DNA from: the human T2T-CHM13v2.0 reference genome, Homo sapiens
Assembly: GCF_009914755.1 (NCBI RefSeq)
Contig: NC_060936.1
Reading direction: 5' to 3' (one strand)
Length of the DNA stretch: 64,000 nt
Shown: positions 51,974 through 64,000 of the stretch, piece by piece
Numbering within the stretch: position 1 is the first letter of the stretch
How the letters are laid out: every line of letters begins with the position of its first letter
Position numbers and translations under genes: made by a program
The notes under the pieces: generated by a model
Databases searched by the model: none
Told to the model about the DNA's origin: nothing
What the model saw: only the letters and a program-made list of their open reading frames with translations

Positions 51974-54269
51974 TGCAAAAAGAATTTTAATTCGCACTTT
52001 GTACCATATACAAAAAATAACTACAATGTATCATGGACCTAAATGTAAAACCTGTAAACATAAAACTTCAAGAAGGAAACATCTTTGTGACCTTAGCTTT
52101 GGCAAAAGTTTCTTGGGTATAACAACAAAAGTGCAATTCATTTGAAAAAAATACGACAAATTGGTCTTCATCAAAATTTGAAACATCTGCTCTTTGAAAG
52201 ATACAATTTAAGTGAATGAAAAGCAAGCCACAGACTGAGAAAAAGTATTTACAAAACACATATCTAATACAGGGTTTTTATCTAGAACACATAAAGAACT
52301 TTCAAAACTCATTAATAAGAAAACAAACAACCCACTTTTTAAAATGGGCAAAACATTTGAACAGGCACTTCACCAAACAAGATATAGGGATATCAAACAA
52401 CTACATAAAAAGATATTCACCCTCATTACTTATAAGAGACATGCAACTGAAAACCACAATGAAATACCACTACACACCTATTGGAATGGCTAACATTATG
52501 AAGATTGACTGTACCAACTCTTGGCAAAGATGTGGAGCACCTGGAACTCTCATATATTGCTAGTAAAAATGTAAAGCAGTACCATTCCTTTGGAAAACAT
52601 TTGACAGTTTCTTAGAAAGTCAAACAAGTGTTTAATCCAGCCATCCTAGTCCTAAATATTTACTCAAGAGAAGAAAAGCATGTGTACATACAAAGACTTG
52701 TACATGACTGTTCATAGCACTTTTATTTGTAATAGCAAAAAACAATGACCCAAATGTTCGTTGACAGGTAAATGGATAGACAAATTATGGAATGCCATTC
52801 TTAATTAAAGGGAATGAACTGTTGATCCAAAGCACCAAAATGAACAAATCTCAAAATAATCATGTGAGTGACAGAAGCCAGACAAGAAAGGCACATTTCA
52901 TTTATATAAAACTCTAAAAAATGAAAACATTTGTTAGAAGAAAAGAAGTGACAGTAGGCAGGAGTGAGAAGGAGGGATTACCAAGGGGCAACAGGAAATT
53001 TTGGGGGGTGTGGATATGTCTGCTACCTTAAGTTCATGAATATGATATATGATTCCATGATAGTTTCCTGGACTTATTTATTCATACACACACACATATA
53101 CACATATACAAATGTATATTAAAACTGATCAAATGGTACACTTTACATATAATGCAGTCTATTATATGTCAATAGCTGAACACATCTATTAAAAAATAGA
53201 AAAGAAGAATGGGTCTGGGTCAGAACCTTCTTCTGTCTCCCAGGCCTTGCAAATCTAGTCCAGTCCATTGTACTTATCCCAGGAGCCTGATTCTGTCTTT
53301 TACATTCAACTCTGGCAAGCAGGAAATGGCTGAAAATTAAGCAATTTCCCTGTGAAAACTTTCAGTCTGTTTGTGGAGGGAGCTAAATAAACCCTACAAA
53401 TAAAGAAGCAGGCAGAGCCCCTTGTGAAGACCACTGATCTAACACGACTTCAGCCTCTTCTCTCTTAACCCTGTGTCCCCTGGCTAGACCTGCAGTCTTT
53501 GCTGAGCGTCTGTGGCTTTCTCAAGACCAGTGGAAAACAAAACAGCAGAAGTGCTTCTACTTTCATTTCCAAATAAAGTGGAAGCCCTGCATGAGCTCGG
53601 CTGTCTCCCATTTGGATGAAGCCCAAGGATGCCTTAATCTCAGGGCTAGACATAGCTTTTTGTCTCAGAGATTTGCCATTAGACCAACAGACAGTAAGCA
53701 CATCCATAAAGGAGGAAATGGTGGAGTATATTCTAAAGGCAAAGGGAAAAGACCACCACAAGGAGAAAAGAGAAAATACTTTTTATCTGCCTGACTCTGT
53801 GAGAGTTTCCAGGCCACTCTCCTCCCTCCAGAATGATTCCATAAAAGCCGTTATAAACAGATGGGAATTATCCAGTCCTTAAATATATCCAGGAAGATTT
53901 CCCAGATATCCAAGGTAATTCTAGCAGCTTAGTAACTGCTACAATCAGAAAGTTCGTAGATCAAACCTAAATCCCTCCTAAGGGTTCTAAGCTAATTTTC
54001 CCCTTAATCTAGAGAACAGCTGGTATCTCCTTCCACACCACACCAGTGGCAAACCTGAAAGCAGCCGCTAAGTCATCCAGATTTCCCTTGAATGTCTCCT
54101 GCAGCACAGAGTTAGGAAACTGAAAGGCCAAAAAGCATCTCCAGGATCCATTGACATCTCTTTAACCACCCAGGCTTCAGTGGGAGGGATCCTCCATAAA
54201 CAGCAGTACCTGGAAGCCCCAGTGATTAACTCGGAGCTGGCGATGCCTGATAAAGGCAAAGAGATAGGT

Positions 54270-54437
54270 GGGTCTCTTCAAACTGCAGAGAGGAGGAGGA
54301 CTTGGGATTAGTATCTGATGTGAGTGCCGTCTTGTGGAACAGACCCCTTAAACTGTGGGGTCCGCACTAACTGGATAATGTCGGAATTGAATTGACTTAT
54401 AGGATACACATTTGGTGTCAGAAAAAAAGACACTACA
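54270..54437 (+). mobile_element. ERVL LTR 3' fragment (MER21/MER77-like)
   Basis: gtcttgtggaacagaccccttaaactgtggggtc...gtcggaattgaattg...ttggtgtcagaa. Confidence 0.5.
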
Positions 54438-55196
54438 ATATTTAACAATCAATTTTCTGGGTTGGTGTAGGGGGCATCCCTAATTTGTAGCATCTGCCTA
54501 TCTCTGTGGTGTCAATATTCCCACTGTGACCAATTTCAACCTACCAACAATCTATCAGCTCTCACCAAGAAAGAGATTGAGTGGCTGATGTTTCTGGAAA
54601 AGGGAATCAGCATCCCTAGCACTGTTTGCACAGGTGATAGTAGCTGATACCTCTTTAGAAAGTATCCCCTCAACCCTAAACGTATAGGGCAGGACCCATT
54701 ATTAAATGTCTTAGTACTTGGGGGGAAACGTGGGGTTTCACAGGGGGATCACCAGTTCTTCATGCCTGTGCCTCTTCTATACACCCCATGACCTGGGCAG
54801 GCCCTTGAGTGGGGGCAGGAGACAAGGCAGATGCAGGGACCCTGATGGCGAGGAACAGAGATGCTGAGCTGCGTCTCACAGGGCTGCTCTCTCCACCCCC
54901 GTGCAGGAGGAAAGCACTTGGCACAGGAGCCAAACCCAGCCAGAAATGAGACTTGTCCCTGTTCCATAGGAGAGTGTTATTTATTTCTTTGACACATAGT
55001 GAAGTAGGGGGCTTTGGACAAATACCACCCCTTCTCTGATAGGCCTCCTGCTGTGGTGGATAAGAACATAAATTCCAAGGCCAGAGTGCCTGAGTTAGCT
55101 GTATGACTCTGGCAAGTTTCTTAAGCTCTCTGAACTTCATTTTCCTCATCTGTAAAATGAAGGGCCAGGGTAGCAACTTACATGTGTCAGCTATTA

Positions 55197-55493
55197 CTTA
55201 TTTATTTAGAGACGGAGTCTCACTCTGTTGCCCGGGCTGAAGTGCAGTGGCATGATCTCAGCTCACGGCAACCTCTGGCCCCTGGATTCAAGCAAGTCTC
55301 CTGCCTCAGTTTCCCAAGTAGCTGTGATTACAGGTGTGTGCCACCACGCCCAGCTAATTTTTTTATCACTTTTAGTAGAGTCGGGGTTTCACCACGTTGG
55401 CCAGGCTGGTCTTGAACTCCTGACCTCAAGTGGTCCACCTGCCTCAGCCTCCCAAAGTGCTGGGATTACAGGCATGAGCCACCACACCCAGTC
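55197..55493 (-). mobile_element. Alu SINE (AluS-type)
   Basis: Full dimer; exact 12-bp TSD tgtcagctatta at 55185-55196 and 55494-55505. Confidence 0.95.
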
Positions 55494-56609
55494 TGTCAGC
55501 TATTATTACTACATTGAAATCAAATTGGCTTCCTCCACCTCAGATTATATTATAATAAAATGAACTAATAAAAGAGCGAAAAACAAAACAAAACAAAATT
55601 ACATGAAGAGAAACAACCAAGAGGTCCAAAAATCTACCCTTGACTCCCCCAGCTGGACAGGATTTCCTGGTGTGATTTTCCCTACCCCAGGCCACCAAGA
55701 AGGTGAATATGCCCCACCAGCCATATAAAGGGGCAGGTGGATGGAGGTGCATTTGACTGCCTTTGAAATGCGCAGTCTTTCCACTCTGCAGCCTGCTGTA
55801 GCTTCTGCCATGCTCTATCCAGCATCCCTTCTCCTCAAATTAGGTCCAATTTTCTTGTTCTAGTCTCAAGGGAGACAGGGAACAGCTGTCTCCTACCTCT
55901 GTAAAATACTCTTCCAGGTCTGGACAACTATCATTAAACAGCCCCCTTCACACTTCTCTTGCTCTATTATAAGATACATTAAAAGCCTTGATAATGATTT
56001 GAGGTCTCTGTGAGATGGTTGCTGTTCACCCTAATTCCTTCAATAATTAGTGGTTGTAAACCACTTTGAAGATAAAAGGCATTTTATAAGAACTAAGCCC
56101 TATTATGATTAGCTTTCCAATATTTCCTTGCTAAAGCCAATGAGAACATCAAAGCCAAACATAGCCACAGCATGGTATCTGGTGGTTAATTAGATGTATT
56201 TCAAGGCGTCTGGTATATATTAAAGAAACTGCTACAAAATTTATCAACATTAAAAAAGTGTCTGCTTTCTTCCCATGAACAAGCTTTTTTCAAAGGCTGT
56301 CAGTGCTGATGCCTGCAAGACAAGTGCCTGAAGAGGACAAATTGCTCATGTATTCCCTGGGCCCGGAAGAGAGAGATGTAATAATAACACCTGGCTTGGT
56401 ATAACATCCTTTCTTATCGTTGTCTATACAATTCTATATATACCAGATCTCCTTTTGTTTTGTTTTTGCAATTATGCTGTAATATAAGCAAGTAAAGTAA
56501 CACTATCCCCACTTTACAGGTAAGGAAGTTGCATATGATGATGAAGTTTAGAAGCAGATCAGTGTGATGTATCTGGACAAAGTCGGGGCTGCAGATCCGT
56601 TATCAAGGT

Positions 56610-57388
<779 letters not shown>

Positions 57389-58039
57389 ATTCTTTTGACC
57401 CAACATTAATGACAACATTTTGTATATTTTCTATGCGATATATTCTCCCAGTTCCAAACCTTCAAGTCTCCAGACCTAAATATCTATGTTTTCTGTGTCT
57501 GCTCCTAGGCCCTTAACTCTTAGCACTCTATTCTCAAAGCCTCTCTTTCTCTTGGATTATGATGTTCCAACTCTTTCTGGAAAAATGGTTGCAATTTCTC
57601 CAGCTACGTGGAAGGCACTGAACCTGGCAGCTGATGTGGGAGATACAGATTTGTATTGTCTTTCACAATGCACTGACAATCTAGCAGGGGACAACGTACA
57701 AACAGCAGAGGTAGAGGAGGTGAGAAGAGCCACTTGTGTGTGCAATAAAAACTGTAGGCACAAACAACTCTCAGAGCGGTCCCCAAAAATAAAACTACTC
57801 TCCAGTAATTTTCTACACCATACAATTCTGACTCATTTTACTTAATTTTTGAAGCAGAAGCTTCTCTCAAATGTTTAAGGAAATGAAAGTCAGCTATGGT
57901 AGAGATAATCCAAATGAGTGGATAATCCAATAAAGAGGAGGTTTTCTTTAAATCTGCTTTGCATTATTCTTTATAGTAGCACCACAGGAAGCTGTTTCAG
58001 AAAAGTTAAGTAATTTATTGTAGGAAAACAGCTAATTCA

Positions 58040-58405
<366 letters not shown>

Positions 58406-58900
58406 TTATCTGTACAATGAGGCTAATGATTCTTACTTGCAGAATTGTTGTAAGGATTAAACAAAAATAATGCACCCAGCATATCGAAAATACCTGATAC
58501 AATATGGACTACATGGTAGCTGATTGTTATTATTATCATTCCCAGATATAATATGATTGAACCAGAGGCATTTTGTATGCACATATTAAAGGCTCCTAAT
58601 GTGTATTACTAAACTGCTTTCCAGAAAACAGTTAAACAAAGCCCTAAGAACACTGCTAGGAAGACCTGTCTAAAATGCAGACCTGATCATGCCTCCCCGT
58701 TGTTTTCAGTGTCAATCTTAAACACACAGGACCACTACTACTTCTTTGGAGTCATCTCCCTCTTCTCCTACCACGTTCACTTCCTTCCAAAGTATTTCCT
58801 GTTCTCTCAGCTTTTTTGTGCCTCAGCATCTTCAAATATATAGCTCAGTCATCTGGCATGCCCTTTCTGTTTGTCTGTGCTAAGTCTTACCAGTATTTAA

Positions 58901-60396
<1,496 letters not shown>

Positions 60397-60857
60397 AGTA
60401 TTAGTTAGAGTTTAACATACAAGATGCTATACTGAGGTGGAATAAAAGGCCATCCAAAGGGCTAAATTTTGACATTTTCTCCAAACCATAGTCTTTCTTG
60501 TATGAATCACTATGAGTTTGGATAGCATATTATTATCATGGATTTTAGTGGCTGGTTGAAAATGAGAGGAAAACAAAGACAACAATGAATCTAGCCTGCA
60601 GAGATAACCCCACTTGGTATCTTAGCCAACAGTTCCCAATTATTTCCCCATCAAACCCCTAGTCTTCATTCCCTCTGCCTTCCCTATTCTCATCCTGTCT
60701 CAACCCCATCTGTCAAGAGGCTAGCAGAAGCATAGTATCATAGAAAGGTTCAGGCATCAAAAATAAAGTTCAAGTGTGAACTTTGCCACCCTGTGACCTT
60801 GGGAAGTTGGCCATTTTTTTTTTTAAAGTGGGGATAACAGTTTCCTCCCTGCCTATC

Positions 60858-61291
60858 TGTATTAGGTCATTCTTGCATTGCTATAAAGAAATACTCGAGA
60901 CTGGGTAATTTAAGAAGAAAAGAAGTTTAATTGGCTTATGGTTCTGCAAGCTATGCAAGCATGGTGCGAACATCTGCTTGGTTACTGGGGAAGCCCCAGG
61001 GAGCTCTTACTCATGGCAGAAGGTGAAGCAGGAGCTTGCATGTCAGATGGCAAAGCAGGAGCAACAGAGAGAGACACAGTTGGGGGTGAGGTACCACACA
61101 CTTTTAAATGACCAGATATCATGAGAACTCACTCACTATGGTAAGTACAGCACCAAGCCATGAGGGATAGTGCTAAGCCATTCATGAGGATTCACCCCCA
61201 TAATCCAATCACCTCCCACCAGGCCCACCTCCAAAACTAGGGATTACAATTCAACATGAGATTTGGGCAGTGACAAATATCCAAACTATTA
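60858..61291 (-). mobile_element. ERVL-MaLR solo LTR (MSTB-like), sense to CRACR2A
   Basis: tgtattaggtcattcttgcattgctataaagaaatac...gattacaattcaacatgagatttgg...ccaaactatta; 5-bp TSD ctatc/ctata. Confidence 0.88.
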
Positions 61292-61826
61292 CTATATTAC
61301 TATCCCATGGGAAGTGGCTGAAATGAGACAGCAGATGTGAAAGTGAACAGTGATGCTGTACACCAAAGTAAACACACCCTCCTCATTGCCAAGGGAGGCT
61401 GGACAGCAGGGAAATCAGGATTGGACAGGCTCCACAGTGGAACTGGCTCTGTGAGTGACCAGTGGCTGAGGAGCAGCTCTTTGCAGAGAGGGGCTAGCAG
61501 ACCCTCTCTGGAGGCTTCCAGACCCTCGTGCCCACATGTAAAAGAGCTGGGCAAAGTGACAAAACCCCCTCTCCCAGAGGCCTCCCTTAAATGAACTTAA
61601 GTGATACTCCAACAAGGTGGAATAGACCCTCCATCATCTAGTATTTTTAAAACTGTCCTCAAGAAGGCTGACGAATTGTTTCTCAAATCTAAGGGCCCAC
61701 TGCTGATCCTCATGAATATTAAAAAACAGCTACAATAGTGCTAACAAGGCAGGGCCTGAAGTTGGGGTCTGGGGTGGGGGCAGATCTAGTACTCTGCAAC
61801 CTGTCGCCTTTTGTTCGCTCACTCAC

Positions 61827-61907
61827 CTTGCAGCTCCCGGCTCCTCGGAGGACCTGCAACTCTTCACACCTGGAGGGTACTTTGGCCACTGGTGACTTGA
61901 ATTCCAC
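61827..61907 (-). other. CRACR2A: CRACR2A 5'UTR (non-coding) exon, 81 nt
   Basis: The minus strand reads gtgtgtttcctag|GTGGAATTC...AGCTGCAAG|gtgagt: a pyrimidine-rich acceptor and a consensus donor in unique sequence upstream of the ATG exon. Exon use is inferred from the splice signals. Confidence 0.8.
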
Positions 61908-64000
61908 CTAGGAAACACACAAGAGATGAATCACACCTTATTTTCCACTGAGGGTTACAACAGAAGTGGCTTTATAGCAATTTTGGAAAAACTTGGGAGG
62001 AAACATTGCTCCTACCGCATTGCAGTGTTCTGGAAGAAAACAGGCCTAATTCATCCTCTTCCAGGTTTTGGAGAAGAGGAGGGAAGATGAAGGAATAGCG
62101 ATGATAAGTCTGCTTAGTGACCCTGAATCCAGAGATTATGTCCAGCCTGATGGGAGCAGGCCCTTGTGCATGAGAAGGGGGTAGCCTCAGGGTTAATTGG
62201 ACACTGCCCCCCTGCCCCCAGCAGAGCTCCAGCTCTCAGCAAGTGCTCTTGAAATTCTTTCCACCCAATCCACAGACGCTGTCTACACCACAGGAGCTCA
62301 CCTTTGAAGATAGCGATGTAAGCATTGTGGCAAGAATCACTGCCTTCCCTGAGAAGGAAATGCAGTAGGATGTACAAGAAAGCCTAGGGGCTACATAAGG
62401 AGGGAAAGCTGAAAAACGATGGAGGAGGGACAGGCTTAGGGACAGGGAGAGGATGGGCTTCCTTGCACAGGACAGTTTGGGAGTGTTACGACTGAACCTG
62501 GAGAGCAATTTTACAGAATGCTTTGGCCACATGCTGCGTAGCATGGTCTGAGAGCATGCTTGAAATGACTGAAGGGAGCAGTAGTGATTACAAAAAGGGG
62601 ATTGGGATTATCTATTGTATAATGCCAAAGCTCAAACCACAGCTAGACCTGAAGTCCAGATGTATATCACCAAGGAGGCTGGCCTCTGTGCCTCTCATAT
62701 GCACAATTCATGGGAGGCAAATATTCATCAGCTGTTTCCTGTTCTATATGAGGTAACACAGCGCTCATGTTCATTCATTTGTTCAATGAATATTCACTCT
62801 GTGCAGGCACTTTTTTTAGGTGCCAAAGGCAGCAACAGGCAAATCCAGCAAGGTATTGTCCTTGTGGAGCTTATATTCCAGTGGGCAGAGACAAATAAAA
62901 ATACACAGACCAAATAAGCACTTTTAGATAATGAAAAGTGCTGGAGCAAGATAACCCCCTCTCTAAGCCACCTGTTGGCACCCCTGTCCCCTGCTCCACT
63001 GGCATTGCTACCAGGATGCTGGAAGCAAACAAATGGGGAGACTTCACTCTCTGGTGTTTTCCCAGGCAGCAGCCCTCAGCAAAGCCAGTGCAGTGGGAAA
63101 ACAGGAGAGGAAAGCTGCCCTGTCTTGCCCCCACTGCTGACACCTGAGAAACTCACTTAGAAAAAAATTGTTTAGACTATAAATAAGATATGAACAGTGT
63201 TATTTCTAGATGGTAACCTTAAGAGATGATTTTTATTTTCTTCTGAATTTTCTGATATTTTTATTACTACAATGCATTATTTTGCAATAAGGAGAGAAAA
63301 ATATTTTTTAATGAGAAGATTGGCCTACCTACATTAAATTAATAAGAAATACATTTGGACAAATAGACAGGGGCCAGATCTTAGGGTGATGAACAACATC
63401 TTACCATATCACTTTATGGTTTACAAAGCAATTTCACAAAAACATCTCCTTCAACCCTTATAAGGCTTTCTCGAGGTTACATAGAAAATGCAGTAGAATG
63501 CCTGACCCTCAGGTCCCTGACTTCTAGGCCAATGTATTTTCCATTATTCCACTGCCCATCTGTAGCAGACCTTACTTCTCTTTACAGCTGAGGGATTCAG
63601 AAAGCCACTGAGCCCCAGATCTGAACTCTCTTGTCCCAAACCTTGCCATCTCCTAGAGTGACCATGCTAATTAATTCATGCATTTATTGATCTAGTCTTT
63701 ACAGACCCCCTACCAGGTTCCAGGCACTGGGTGCATGGGATATGGCGAAGAAGCAAATAGGTCTCCCAGTGGGTTGGGGGAAAGGCTTTAACAAATGAGT
63801 GAATATATGATATAAATCATGGTAACTGCAGTACAAGGAAAGTAAAGAGTATTCTGTGAGTGGCTAGTATGAGAGGGAGCTAATTTGGACGGTGGCACTA
63901 GCCCTTCACTCAATATCCCAGCAATATGCTGTCACTGAGTACAACCAAGGTAAGTAAGACAGCTATTCTAAGATGGAGGCTGAGATTACAAGAGACCAAC

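Larger units (their letters stand above)
48520..53200 (+). mobile_element. Old L1M (L1MD/MC-like) LINE: 5' end, decayed ORF2 and 3'UTR; ORF1 region missing; carries nested MER96-like and Alu insertions
   Basis: ORF2 relics (ORFs 49553-49744, 50813-50998 PLLFNIVLEILA, 52216-52563 KWAKHLNRHFTK); A-rich; L1M-type 3' end near 53195. Confidence 0.88.

Noticed and set aside
53616-53882. 88-aa ORF with protein-like composition
   Set aside because: No recognisable homology, no poly-A/TSD for a retrocopy, and no splice support.

Overview
Primate (almost certainly human) genomic DNA lying inside one large minus-strand gene, CRACR2A (EFCAB4B/RAB46), an EF-hand Ca2+ sensor and CRAC-channel regulator. 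I reconstructed one 81-nt 5'UTR exon (61827-61907) and seven coding exons (45362-45589, 28829-28940, 27506-27689, 22028-22174, 8148-8238, 4896-4991, 2797-2984). All have GT-AG boundaries and consistent phases, and together they encode residues 1-348 (two EF-hands plus coiled coil). The promoter and the C-terminal Rab-domain exons fall outside the window. The introns are mostly transposon relics: 8 Alus, a full-length old L1P, an internally deleted L1M, ERVL/MaLR LTRs, hAT MITEs and MIR/L2/L3. Repeat subfamily names come from recalled consensus sequences and need RepeatMasker confirmation. I find no support for a new gene or a new multi-component biological system. The most interesting unexplained signals are: (i) several local templated copies, two with fold-back hairpins, that look like template-switch repair scars; (ii) an inverted-Alu-flanked 375-nt three-exon block whose back-splice would create an ATG and a stop-free circular ORF; (iii) a perfect DUX4 motif in a sense-oriented MST LTR upstream of the ATG exon; (iv) a haplotype encoding Val128 and Lys154.
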